IMG/VR virus record: IMGVR_UViG_3300027770_000025
Coordinates: 124,001 to 188,000 of that record
Reading direction: 5' to 3' (one strand)
Length of the DNA: 64,000 bases
Numbering within the stretch: the stretch's first letter is position 1; each line of letters starts with the position of its first letter. Below the pieces are notes generated by a model. The model searched no databases, had not been told where the DNA came from, and worked only from the letters and a program-made list of their open reading frames with translations. A program made the position numbers and the translations under genes. This document shows, in pieces, positions 27,761 through 37,267 of this stretch.

Positions 27761-29005
27761 TTATACGTATCTTAATGCTTTAGAAACATTGATCAATCTC
27801 TTAGTTAATCCGTCGATGTCTTCGATCTTAGTTGCCATATCAACATACTGATTCATCTTATCGTTTCCTGAGATTAGACTCTTAATTGACATTGATCCCT
27901 CCTTTAGGAGATATTTAATTAGAATAGCTTTAGCGTTCTCGTGTACTGCTGTTGTGTCGTGTTCTTTATCGAAGAAAACAGTTTGACTCACATCCGCTGA
28001 TGCATCATGAAAATAGTTTGCAAGAAGGCCGTTAAGTTCTTCCATTGTTTCTTTATCTTCTGCCGATGCTCTCCATCCAGGTATTACTAATTTCTCGTCT
28101 AGAGATTTACCCTTTGCTCTTTTAAAAGTTCTTTTTGCAATAGCAATAAAAATGGCGTTAAACATCTCGACGTCTTCCAACCTACATCTTAGAGTGTTTT
28201 CACCTGTTCTAAAATTAACGGAGTTGATAGGCATTCTTTGTGTGTTGGTAACTGTCCAAGTTTCGTAATCTGTTTTGGTAATCATTTGACCGTGTGTATC
28301 ACCACCTACTAGATCTTTAATTAGATCTCCATAAAGTTGTTTAGCTCTTTCTAAAGCTCTCAGGTAGAAATAGTACTTAACTTTACCGCCTTTAGAAATG
28401 TCTCTCACTAAACTAACCCTTCCGCTGCTAGAATATCTGACACTCTTACCAACGAAGTCAAGTTCAACCAACCTTTGCATTGTTGCAAGCTGAAGTAACT
28501 CGTCGTTATTAGGATGAGCTAATTGATCTCCTCCCATCATAGGTTTTAGCCTTTCCCTAATCTGATCAAGGGTAAGTTCTTCACCTGCAGGATACATCTC
28601 ATCAAAATCAACTTTCTCGTTAACGTCTCTCTTGCTTATAAGTGAAGCTGGAATTCCGTTTTTAACAATTCTAAGCCAGATGTGTCTGAAAAGTTCTTGT
28701 GGGGTATCAAAACTAGCAAATCCATATGTTTCTAATCCAGGTTTACTTGAGTAGTGTTCGCAACAGTAATTACCATCATCATCAACAAACATGGAGGTTT
28801 TAGGCATTGAGCTTCCTCTGATTTCTAATCTAATCTTCTGATCATCTATTCTCTGAACGGTTACATTTAACCCTCTTTTAAGGTCTCTCGCAGAAGGTAG
28901 ATTGCTGTCAAAAGAATCTATTAATTCTCTTCCTGGAGGATTGAGCCAGTTTTTACTCCAATAAGCTTCCCCGATAAACTCGGAGTAATTTGAAACTTTT
29001 TCCAT
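27761..29005 (-). CDS. Hypothetical, probable internal head protein
   Basis: MEKVSNYSEFIGE; 414-aa ORF. Confidence 0.75.
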   Translation of the reverse strand: MEKVSNYSEFIGEAYWSKNWLNPPGRELIDSFDSNLPSARDLKRGLNVTVQRIDDQKIRLEIRGSSMPKTSMFVDDDGNYCCEHYSSKPGLETYGFASFDTPQELFRHIWLRIVKNGIPASLISKRDVNEKVDFDEMYPAGEELTLDQIRERLKPMMGGDQLAHPNNDELLQLATMQRLVELDFVGKSVRYSSSGRVSLVRDISKGGKVKYYFYLRALERAKQLYGDLIKDLVGGDTHGQMITKTDYETWTVTNTQRMPINSVNFRTGENTLRCRLEDVEMFNAIFIAIAKRTFKRAKGKSLDEKLVIPGWRASAEDKETMEELNGLLANYFHDASADVSQTVFFDKEHDTTAVHENAKAILIKYLLKEGSMSIKSLISGNDKMNQYVDMATKIEDIDGLTKRLINVSKALRYV

Positions 29006-29006
29006 A

Positions 29007-30548
29007 TTATAATTTAGATTTAATTCTTTTAGCTATATTTTGCTCTTCTCTAACCACGTTTTTCATGCTTTCGACTTGGGTAGGCTTTAATGGAAGATTT
29101 CCTTCTGCATTAAGATCCAAAACGTACTTAATCTCTTCGATACCCTTTTCTGTTGCCTTTAATATATCTTCGATATCAGCTTTAGTGTAATCATCACCAA
29201 TAAGTCTATTGAATACATTTAGAGTTGCCTCACTGAAGATACCATATTGTTTAAACTCGTTCATGAAGTCACTTTTCTTAAGACCTTTAACATCATAGAT
29301 GATCTGAGCAACCAATCCTGAGATCTTCTCCCAGTCTTCCTGTGGCATAGCACCAGCTAAGAAACCTTTTGATGTTGCTATAAGGGATTCAATAATGTTT
29401 CTAATAGTAAGACCTGTTCCGTCTCGGTAATATCTTTCAAGAGCGATCTTGATATCACACTCCATTTTGAACTTTGACATAACAGTATCAACCAGATCCT
29501 TAGGGTAATCGAGTCCTTCTAAAACATCTTTTAGCGTTTTGAACGTGTTATTGTTTTTATCCCTTAGTCTATTGTTAGGTCTTGTGGCATCAGTGTGGAT
29601 TGATCCGTCTTGGTTAACCGTGACACCAATTAAGCTGTGTATATCAGTAACGGGAACGTTTGAGTTAATGATATTGATCTGTACCCTTCCCCCGTTATAG
29701 GACCAGAATGTTGAATCTGTTCTAATACACCAGTTGGTATCTGCACATATTGCTCTTTGGGCTTCCGGTGTTCTTGCGGATTCCACGATGTAACCGTCCT
29801 TAGCATAAAGAATACCTGCCATTGGACCTAGATCCTTAAGCTTCTTAAGTAATCCGGACTCGTCTTGGCTCCAGCCTTCAATAAATTCTAATGCGTCCTT
29901 AATAATATCAGCGAAAGCCACCTTTTCATCTCTGTATTCAGGATAAGTTCTGGTGTCTTCGTATTTCTTTAGTCCTTTGGTGAATTCTTTCCAAGCAATT
30001 TTTCCGTCTTTATCTTTTAGTTGTTCTAATTGGTTGGAGATTTCGGTAAGGTCATCAATTTGTTTGTCCGTTGCTTTTGCGAAAACCTTTCTCATTTTAC
30101 CTGTTAACTCACCGTAAAACTTTTTTAGTTTTCTTTTTCTCTCGATATTTCTAAGGTCGTCACCCAAAACTTCATATCCTGGACGGATGTCGTCTTCCGT
30201 AGGTTCAACTTTAGCGTAATCATTAATGTTCATAGACAAATCCTGTCCTAGGGTTTGTTTATATTTCATTAGATTATCGAAAATCTCCTTTAGTTCCTCC
30301 ATGTGAGCTTTCTGATCGAATCTGAATTTTACGAACATTGGGGTGTAGCCAGGGAATTTTTCTGTTAAATCCTTAACCTCTTTAAATTTTGGATCTGCTA
30401 GGATCTTTTTCTTTGTTTCTTCACCGATTTCAGATGTTTTTATCTTCTTTTCTAAAGCATATCTCTTTAAAAGATAGTCCTTAGCAGCTTGGACATTTTC
30501 TAACAGAGCTTGTTTCTCTGAAAATGTTGGGAAACTATATTTCATCAT
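29007..30548 (-). CDS. Large hypothetical protein (possible PcfJ-like WC motif)
   Basis: Probable start MMKYSFPTFSE at 30548; ICADTNWCIRTDSTFWSY. Confidence 0.7.
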   Translation of the reverse strand: MMKYSFPTFSEKQALLENVQAAKDYLLKRYALEKKIKTSEIGEETKKKILADPKFKEVKDLTEKFPGYTPMFVKFRFDQKAHMEELKEIFDNLMKYKQTLGQDLSMNINDYAKVEPTEDDIRPGYEVLGDDLRNIERKRKLKKFYGELTGKMRKVFAKATDKQIDDLTEISNQLEQLKDKDGKIAWKEFTKGLKKYEDTRTYPEYRDEKVAFADIIKDALEFIEGWSQDESGLLKKLKDLGPMAGILYAKDGYIVESARTPEAQRAICADTNWCIRTDSTFWSYNGGRVQINIINSNVPVTDIHSLIGVTVNQDGSIHTDATRPNNRLRDKNNNTFKTLKDVLEGLDYPKDLVDTVMSKFKMECDIKIALERYYRDGTGLTIRNIIESLIATSKGFLAGAMPQEDWEKISGLVAQIIYDVKGLKKSDFMNEFKQYGIFSEATLNVFNRLIGDDYTKADIEDILKATEKGIEEIKYVLDLNAEGNLPLKPTQVESMKNVVREEQNIAKRIKSKL

Positions 30549-30596
30549 AAGGTATAATTTTGTATTGTGATATATATTCAAATTAAAAAACCAACT

Positions 30597-30863
30597 ATGA
30601 AAGTTTTCACCAAAATAGAAGAGTTTTTGGCAACTAAGCCCCAAACGGCACCTGGTCAGCCAACTACAAGGCCTGGAACTACCCCAGGAACGAGACCTAC
30701 TCCTTCAAGACCAAGTCCAATCAGAAGGGATAAACCAGCTGTTGACCCAGCTCCTAAAGCTAAAGCATCTGCCGTTGTTGATAGATTTATGGTGGAACTT
30801 AAAAAGGCTAAGGCACCTATAAAATTTAACATCTCAAAATTAAAAGACAGATATGAATCTTAA
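30597..30863 (+). CDS. Pro/Thr-rich small protein, probable head-associated
   Basis: MKVFTKIEEF at 30597; GATATATA at 30569-30576. Confidence 0.7.
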   Translation: MKVFTKIEEFLATKPQTAPGQPTTRPGTTPGTRPTPSRPSPIRRDKPAVDPAPKAKASAVVDRFMVELKKAKAPIKFNISKLKDRYES

Positions 30864-32271
30864 ATCATTTACACAGTTAGTAGACGAAGCCTCATTAAAG
30901 GATAATCCAGGAATACCTGGCGAAGGCGGAAAAGAAGGGGATTACCTTGCAAAAGTTGAAGGTAGAGCCAAAGAAAGAATTGATGCTCTCCAAAGAAGAC
31001 ATGGAGCAGATATCCCTAGATTCATGTCACTTGTTTCTAGGACAAAACAAATCCAATCAGGAAAAGAGAAAGAGCTAGAAAAGCTTGCAGAGGACTCAAT
31101 CAGATTATATTACGGTTCTATTCTAGAGGAGGTCACGCTAAACATTAAGTTTGAGAAGGACGATGAGATTAAGAAGTCTATGGAGAAGGTTCAAGCAGAA
31201 CCCCCTGAAATGCCACAACTTAAAGAGCTTAAGGATGCTAATATCATTTCAGAAATCCAAAAAAGAAAAATAGCAAACAACATCACCCAAGGGGAAGCTA
31301 AGAACACTAAGCTAATACTAAATCTACCTGAGGTTAGAGACGGTTTAATTAGAATACTAGGACAAGAGCAAGGTACAGAGTATAAAGATCTACTTAATAA
31401 GATCACAGAAATCGCTGGATTCTTTGATTGGAAAATCCCAATGGAAGTTCAGTTGGAGATGTGGACAAGAGATAAATCAGGATTTAGTGGATCAGTAACC
31501 GTTGAATGGAACACTGACAAAGAGGAAGATTCAGAAGAACTTGCACAGGAGATTCTTGGTGAATTAGAAGACGACACAGAAATACCAGAAGAGACTGAAG
31601 AACTATTCTCACAAACACAGCCTACTATTAATGCTTTAGGTACTGACTTTGCCATGTTACTTCATGAGGCAGTTAAAGGTATCTATGAACTTATAGCTGC
31701 AGTGGGTATTCCTGATGATGAAGAAACAGCAGAAACAGTTATAATGAACACCGATTCATTAGCAGACGAGATCGAAGATCTTAGATATGGACCAGAAATT
31801 GCAGCAGATCTCAGAGATCTTGTTAACTCGTTTCCCGAATTTGAGAGCATTCCTAATTTAAGAGAACATGTTTTCGGTAAGATGATGGCAATGGAAGCTA
31901 AGGATTTCCTTGAGCTTATGTACATGATACTTATTGAGGATCCTAAGGCTAAGCCAATTGTACAGGAGTTCATTGACGAGATTGCAGAAGAGATTGGTAA
32001 ATACGAGCTTGGTCAGGCAGGAATAGATAATGACGACGACTACGAGCCAGCGGAAACACCAGGTAGAGCACCAGCACAGGCTGGACAGGAAGAGGTTGAT
32101 TACTCTGAACTTACAAGAAGAGAGATTGAGAGATTGATCGATGCTGCTCTAGATGTTAAAGACTTTGATAGGGTTAGGGATCTTTCTAAGTACCTAAAAG
32201 AGTCAAAACAACAAGAAATCTCAGAAAAACTTCACAAAGAAATGGGTTACCCATCAAATTTAGAAGAATGA
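30853..32271 (+). CDS. Acidic helical hypothetical protein, probable virion protein
   Basis: MNLKSFTQLVDE; 472-aa ORF. Confidence 0.75.
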   Translation: MNLKSFTQLVDEASLKDNPGIPGEGGKEGDYLAKVEGRAKERIDALQRRHGADIPRFMSLVSRTKQIQSGKEKELEKLAEDSIRLYYGSILEEVTLNIKFEKDDEIKKSMEKVQAEPPEMPQLKELKDANIISEIQKRKIANNITQGEAKNTKLILNLPEVRDGLIRILGQEQGTEYKDLLNKITEIAGFFDWKIPMEVQLEMWTRDKSGFSGSVTVEWNTDKEEDSEELAQEILGELEDDTEIPEETEELFSQTQPTINALGTDFAMLLHEAVKGIYELIAAVGIPDDEETAETVIMNTDSLADEIEDLRYGPEIAADLRDLVNSFPEFESIPNLREHVFGKMMAMEAKDFLELMYMILIEDPKAKPIVQEFIDEIAEEIGKYELGQAGIDNDDDYEPAETPGRAPAQAGQEEVDYSELTRREIERLIDAALDVKDFDRVRDLSKYLKESKQQEISEKLHKEMGYPSNLEE

Positions 32272-32369
32272 GATAGATATATAGTAAAACTAATAAATAA
32301 TATGAAAAATAATATGAAAAATAACAAACCAGTATTTGAGAGCTTTAATGAATTCATTAAGTTCATTTA
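32271..32369 (+). repeat. Copy 1 of late promoter + targeting-peptide head (copy 2 at 34475-34568)
   Basis: 30-nt identity (32271-32300/34475-34504) and 44-nt identity (32326-32369/34525-34568). Confidence 0.95.
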
Positions 32370-33675
32370 TGAAGCAGATCAATTAAACGAAGGAGAAACA
32401 ACAGGTTACGCAGGTAAGTTATCTGCTATTCTATCTGGAGGTATGAAACTCCAAGGACAGAATAAGACTTTTACCGAAACTCTAGTTACTGAATATCTTA
32501 ACAAATATTACAATGCTAGCGTGCCAGGAACTAAGGAGATGGCAGATACGCTAATACAAGTCTTAAGTGATGCTTTTGATACGCTTAACAATAAAGTAAT
32601 AAGAACTACACCTGGTGTTGTCTCAAAAACAATACTACCAACAACTTACGAATATTTAACCGACGGTGTGGTTAAAGCGGAAGGACATTGTAATCTAGAG
32701 ACTACTTTTGAATACACCGGCTATGATGATAAGGGAAATTTACAAGGAGGTCTAGAAGGTAGTTACACAATTGGAGATAGAGTAGATGAAACACAAACGT
32801 TACCCTTGTCATATCTTTTAGCAGCTGTTAATGCTCATAATTTTAACGCATTTGCAGAACTGGTTGACATGGCAGCGGGATATAAAAAAGGGGATACTAT
32901 AGTAAATTATGGGGACAAAGCCGATCTGAAGGGGTATCTAAAATGGTCTACTGGAACAAGTAATGAGAATAAAAGATTTTTCCAAATGGATTCCGAATCT
33001 CTTGGTGGTAATATCATTCAATTTACTGATTACAAACCTAAAGGAACCGCACCTGGTTGGGGATGGCAATTCCCTATTTACGTAGCTTCTTTTATTACCG
33101 CAGGTGGGGGTAGTCTTGTAGATGCTTCAACGTATGACGAAGTTATTCAGCCAGCAGGAAATTCGGTAGAGGTTTCTGAAAAGGAATATAATGCTCCACC
33201 CGAAGCTAAATTCTTTGACGCAAACGAGGTAACAATCTCTGAAGATGGTAAAGCATCATTAAATGCTATACTTTCCTCATTTAACTCTATTGATAAAATT
33301 TTAGTTAACGGTGGTGCTTCAAGCTCAAAAACTGATAGAGAAGGAGGAAACGAACAACTTGCTAAAGATAGACAAGCAGCTGGTATTACAGAATTAAATG
33401 CTCTTAAAGAATCAGGAGTACTTCAACTTAAAGATACAGTAATTGAAGCGGGAACAGCTAAAGTTCAGGATGCAGCAGAAAAAAGTGATCCTACAAAACA
33501 GCAAGTTTCTTTTATTATTTCAGGTAAGATTAAATCAACTAAAGTTGTAGAAACCAAACCAGTTACAATTCAAAGGGTTGAGACGATAAAAGGAGATGCT
33601 GTTCAATTTACTGAATACGTATTTAACATTATGGTTAATGCAGAGCCTAACACTAAAACTCTAACAGAAGCTTAA
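32302..33675 (+). CDS. Probable virion protein with degenerate OmpA-like C-terminal domain (cassette 1)
   Basis: KPVFESFNEFIKFIYE; FDANEVTISEDGKASLNAIL..ILVNGGAS..GNEQLAKDR. Confidence 0.65.
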   Translation: MKNNMKNNKPVFESFNEFIKFIYEADQLNEGETTGYAGKLSAILSGGMKLQGQNKTFTETLVTEYLNKYYNASVPGTKEMADTLIQVLSDAFDTLNNKVIRTTPGVVSKTILPTTYEYLTDGVVKAEGHCNLETTFEYTGYDDKGNLQGGLEGSYTIGDRVDETQTLPLSYLLAAVNAHNFNAFAELVDMAAGYKKGDTIVNYGDKADLKGYLKWSTGTSNENKRFFQMDSESLGGNIIQFTDYKPKGTAPGWGWQFPIYVASFITAGGGSLVDASTYDEVIQPAGNSVEVSEKEYNAPPEAKFFDANEVTISEDGKASLNAILSSFNSIDKILVNGGASSSKTDREGGNEQLAKDRQAAGITELNALKESGVLQLKDTVIEAGTAKVQDAAEKSDPTKQQVSFIISGKIKSTKVVETKPVTIQRVETIKGDAVQFTEYVFNIMVNAEPNTKTLTEA

Positions 33676-33689
33676 ATATTTTTATAACA

Positions 33690-33727
33690 CACAAAAAAAG
33701 CCTAGAATATTCTAGGCTTTTTTTGTG
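33690..33727. terminator. Bidirectional terminator, perfect 38-bp palindrome
   Basis: CACAAAAAAAGCCTAGAAT-ATTCTAGGCTTTTTTTGTG between convergent genes. Confidence 0.85.
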
Positions 33728-33740
33728 ATCTTTATTTTAT

Positions 33741-34343
33741 TTATTCAACGATTACAGTGAATCCTATACTTTCTAATTCTTTATCTAATTTTTCAACGTC
33801 TACAATTACTGAGTTACGGTCGAAGTTTCTGTCAATTACCAAAGCATATAGGATAATCCCATTTTTATTAATAGCCAAAGCATCAAATTCTACATATCCC
33901 AATTTGCCTAATCCCTCTGGTGTTACGTCGATTGCTAATCTTTTTACTAGTCTTTCTTTATATTCAGTAACGATTCTTTTTGCTTCTTCCTTTTCATTTG
34001 CTGTAATACTAGCTTTACCTTTATCTCTAGCAGTAAAACATGATGGGTTTCCAGCTACTTCTTGTGCTTCCTTTAATACCACATATGTTTTTTTTCCGTT
34101 AGGTAAATCAACCAATTTGTTTGTACCGTCCGAGTTTTTTTCATATACGTTTTCTGCTCTCAGTACATAATCTAGAGTTGTGTCCAAATTTAATCCTGGA
34201 AATTGAATGTACATCTCATCAACCAATGCTTTCTGAAATAGGCTGACATCAAATCCTTTTGCTGTGTCTGCTGGCTGAGCTTTTACCTGTGCAGTAGTTA
34301 CCGATGCGATAACGATTGCTGCGATTGCGATTAACTTTTTCAT
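33741..34343 (-). CDS. Secreted/periplasmic protein (cassette 1 partner)
   Basis: Signal peptide MKKLIAIAAIVIASVTTAQVKA; early promoter upstream. Confidence 0.8.
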   Translation of the reverse strand: MKKLIAIAAIVIASVTTAQVKAQPADTAKGFDVSLFQKALVDEMYIQFPGLNLDTTLDYVLRAENVYEKNSDGTNKLVDLPNGKKTYVVLKEAQEVAGNPSCFTARDKGKASITANEKEEAKRIVTEYKERLVKRLAIDVTPEGLGKLGYVEFDALAINKNGIILYALVIDRNFDRNSVIVDVEKLDKELESIGFTVIVE

Positions 34344-34434
34344 AACTTTTTTTATTTTATATTTTAATTACAATACAAATATAAGACCCATTCACGGGAT
34401 AAAAAAATTTTTATGGGGATTTATTAATATTTTT
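34269..34434 (-). repeat. Copy 1 of 166-bp early promoter + signal-peptide block (copy 2 at 36187-36352)
   Basis: Manual alignment shows 5 mismatches and no gaps; includes the early promoter at 34376-34407. Confidence 0.95.
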
Positions 34435-34474
34435 TAGCAGGCTAGATCTATTATACATCAAATTTGGAATAATT

Positions 34475-34568
34475 AGATAGATATATAGTAAAACTAATAA
34501 ATAACAAATAACATGACAAACAATAAACCAGTATTTGAGAGCTTTAATGAATTCATTAAGTTCATTTA
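34475..34568 (+). repeat. Copy 2 of late promoter + targeting-peptide head
   Basis: See 32271-32369. Confidence 0.95.
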
Positions 34569-35751
34569 CAGCGATGCAATTTACGAATCGGTAAAAATCG
34601 AAAATCTTTCCGACTTGCAAAGAACCCTAGGAAGCTTGGGTATGGATAAAGTAGGAAAAAATGCACTGACCGAGATTGAAAGCTTAGCAGAGCAATCTGG
34701 GGCTATATTTTCTGCAGCGGATCTAAGCCAAATTGGGGTAGTCCTAGGAAAGTTAACAATCCCTGACGTAATCTCTATTACAGATGTAAATGTAGATGTA
34801 GAAAAATTCTACTACGACAATTTAATGGGCGGAGCGGTTAAAACACAAAAGGGTGATAAAGTAGGTCTTGCCCAATTCTTAACCCAAGCAAATAAGGAGA
34901 ATTTAAAACCTTTGAGTGGAAAGATCCCAAATATAAACCTAAAGAAGAAGAAGTTTGATTTAGACGAGAATGGAAAATTTGTACCAGGATCAGGTTTAAT
35001 TGGCCAATATTTACCGGTTCAGATAGAGGGTACACTAGATCTGAAGAAATGGAAATTTGATGACCCTGTTAAGAATTCTGTGATTGCTTTACCAGATTAT
35101 GATCCTTCGGGAACAAGTATTAGTTCCAGCGAACCAGTATCTAAGGAAACTCGAGCATATATGTACGGCGAAATACATGTTGCGTATGTGCTTTATCATC
35201 CAACCTTTGTAGGTAATAATGGTCAGCCATACACATCTAAAAAGGTGGAAACATACGTTCGTCCAGTACCTACAGTTACGGAGAAATTAAACCCTATCGT
35301 TGTTCAAGAAGAGCTTCCGCTTTTCGTAGTAAATACTGCAAATCTAACGGAAGAAGGAAAAATTGCAATCATGCAAGCACTATCAAACGTAACAACAGCT
35401 AAATCTATTTCAATCAGAGGCGGTGCTTCTCAAGAAGGAACTCCGGAAAGAAATAAGGAACTTTGTAAACTACGATCTGAAGCAGTGGCTGAATTTCTTA
35501 AACCTACTTTCCCTGATGCTGCTATCACTGCAGAAGCAGAAGGTGAGATACAACCTAAAACACCAGATACAGACGAGAAAACAAGAAAAACTTTCAGAAA
35601 GATAATTATGGACGTTGATGGTACAACATTGGTTAAACAGCCAGGAACAAAGGATGAAACTATTACAACAATTAACACCGTTAGCAAGAGAGCACAAAAG
35701 GTTACTATTGCAGCAACTATAATTACTATAACCGCTAAGTTTAATGAATAA
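34513..35751 (+). CDS. Probable virion protein with OmpA-like C-terminal domain (cassette 2)
   Basis: FVVNTANLTEEGK..ISIRGGASQEGTPERNKELCKLRSEAVAEFL..GEIQP matches the OmpA_C pattern. Confidence 0.75.
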   Translation: MTNNKPVFESFNEFIKFIYSDAIYESVKIENLSDLQRTLGSLGMDKVGKNALTEIESLAEQSGAIFSAADLSQIGVVLGKLTIPDVISITDVNVDVEKFYYDNLMGGAVKTQKGDKVGLAQFLTQANKENLKPLSGKIPNINLKKKKFDLDENGKFVPGSGLIGQYLPVQIEGTLDLKKWKFDDPVKNSVIALPDYDPSGTSISSSEPVSKETRAYMYGEIHVAYVLYHPTFVGNNGQPYTSKKVETYVRPVPTVTEKLNPIVVQEELPLFVVNTANLTEEGKIAIMQALSNVTTAKSISIRGGASQEGTPERNKELCKLRSEAVAEFLKPTFPDAAITAEAEGEIQPKTPDTDEKTRKTFRKIIMDVDGTTLVKQPGTKDETITTINTVSKRAQKVTIAATIITITAKFNE

Positions 35752-35764
35752 GTATAATATCAAA

Positions 35765-35803
35765 ACAAAAAAAGATCAAAGTTAGCTTTGATCTTTTTTT
35801 TGT
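35765..35803. terminator. Bidirectional terminator
   Basis: A7-GATCAAAG/CTTTGATC-T8 between convergent genes. Confidence 0.85.
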
Positions 35804-35817
35804 GGTCTTTGATTTTA

Positions 35818-36261
35818 TTAATACCCGCTCATTTCTTTCTTAATGCTTTCCACTGTTGTTCTAACCTGATAATCCTGAATTAAGATGAAGTATTTAGCTC
35901 CTTCATTTTCGATAACGGTGAAGCTATATAGATCATAGTCATAATCTGAATTTACCTCGCTATTAATGTCTCTAACAAATTGATTGTATACTTTTTCGGC
36001 ATTATCCTTATACTCAAGCGGAAATTCAGCGGGGAATGCAACCACTTGGAATGCCAAAGGAATTTGTCCATTAAAGATTGGCTCCCCATCTTTAGTAATA
36101 CCTGATACCTGATATCTTTCAATCTTAGCGTACTCCGAATGCTGAGCTTTCATAAAGGTATCGATAGAGATACTAATACGTTCTGATGCTGGTTGAGCTT
36201 TTACCTGTGCAGTAGTTACCGATGCGATAACGATTGCTGCGATTGAGATTAACTTTTTCAT
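35818..36261 (-). CDS. Secreted/periplasmic protein (cassette 2 partner)
   Basis: Signal peptide MKKLISIAAIVIASVTTAQVKA; mature part unlike the 33741 protein by eye. Confidence 0.8.
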   Translation of the reverse strand: MKKLISIAAIVIASVTTAQVKAQPASERISISIDTFMKAQHSEYAKIERYQVSGITKDGEPIFNGQIPLAFQVVAFPAEFPLEYKDNAEKVYNQFVRDINSEVNSDYDYDLYSFTVIENEGAKYFILIQDYQVRTTVESIKKEMSGY

Positions 36262-36352
36262 AACTTTTTTTATTTTATATTTTAATTACAATACAAATAT
36301 AAGACCCATTCACGAGATAAAAAAATTTTTCTGGGTATTTATTAATATTTTT
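36187..36352 (-). repeat. Copy 2 of early promoter + signal-peptide block
   Basis: See 34269-34434; promoter at 36294-36325. Confidence 0.95.
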
Positions 36353-36366
36353 CAAAAGTAATGTTC

Positions 36367-36537
36367 TTACATCCTAGCAATTATATAGATCACTGTTCCT
36401 GCGATAGCAACTATCGCTGCAATAAAAGCTATGACTATTAATATACCACCTCCTTGTCGTTCTCTTTCATCCTCTTCCCAGCCTTCCCAATTCAAATTGG
36501 AATCTTTCGTATGATCTTCTATTTTTTTCTTTTTCAT
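36367..36537 (-). CDS. 56-aa membrane protein
   Basis: Not in ORF track. Hand translation MKKKKIEDHT...GILIVIAFIAAIVAIAGTVIYIIARM. Confidence 0.6.
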   Translation of the reverse strand: MKKKKIEDHTKDSNLNWEGWEEDERERQGGGILIVIAFIAAIVAIAGTVIYIIARM

Positions 36538-36549
36538 AGTTATTAGTTA

Positions 36550-36945
36550 TTAATAGAAGTTTGACATAAGGTTTCGATAATCAGCGGGGGTGGAAACTCT
36601 GAATGTTGTGGTATCGACATTACAGATAGTTCCTGACTTGGTTGGTGCACCATATTTTTTTTCAGCCTGTTTAATAGCTTCCTCTTCATAGAAAGCCCAT
36701 TCGGAATTCCAACCACCCCCTTTAAAATTGAAGAGGTATTCTCTTCTATTATCTTTTAAGTCTTTAAGGTGCAGAAGTTCTTCTTCGGTCTCTTTGATGA
36801 TATCTTCTAAATCGTTTAGATGTGACTGTCCAAAGCTCATATGAATAGTTGGCTTAACCTCATCTATAATAAGTCTTAAACTATCTACCCTATTAAGAAG
36901 GTCTGTATAACGTTGTAGCATTTTATTTCTTTCCGCCTTTTTCAT
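36550..36945 (-). CDS. Hypothetical protein
   Basis: Packed ORF. Confidence 0.65.
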   Translation of the reverse strand: MKKAERNKMLQRYTDLLNRVDSLRLIIDEVKPTIHMSFGQSHLNDLEDIIKETEEELLHLKDLKDNRREYLFNFKGGGWNSEWAFYEEEAIKQAEKKYGAPTKSGTICNVDTTTFRVSTPADYRNLMSNFY

Positions 36946-36952
36946 TATTGAG

Positions 36953-37240
36953 TTATTTAATTATAGGTTGGAACCAAGCTTCTTTCTGTATGTAAGGTTT
37001 ACTAATAGACATTGAATCAAACGAGAAGGACATTACCTCTGATTCTATAATAGTAAACTCTATCCCTTCTAGTACGTATCTGTCTATCTTCTTATGTGCT
37101 CTACTTTCTTTATTAGAGAAATAAGGACCGAAATTACCCATAGTCCCGTATAGACCTGCTTTAATAAGTGCTTCTTTAGCACGGCGAAAGTCTGTCGGAT
37201 CTTCTGTTAGACCGTTTTGATAAATCTTTGGCTGTCTCAT
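36953..37240 (-). CDS. Hypothetical protein
   Basis: Packed ORF. Confidence 0.65.
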   Translation of the reverse strand: MRQPKIYQNGLTEDPTDFRRAKEALIKAGLYGTMGNFGPYFSNKESRAHKKIDRYVLEGIEFTIIESEVMSFSFDSMSISKPYIQKEAWFQPIIK

Positions 37241-37267
37241 AGTGATTATTTAATTAACTAAAAATTT

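Noticed and set aside
33757-34170. 137-aa + strand ORF
   Set aside because: Wholly antisense to the secreted protein gene, which has a promoter and signal peptide; treated as a shadow.
34269-36352. Near-identical repeats as a DGR template/variable pair
   Set aside because: Mismatches are not adenine-specific, they lie in promoter and signal-peptide DNA, and no reverse transcriptase is in the window.
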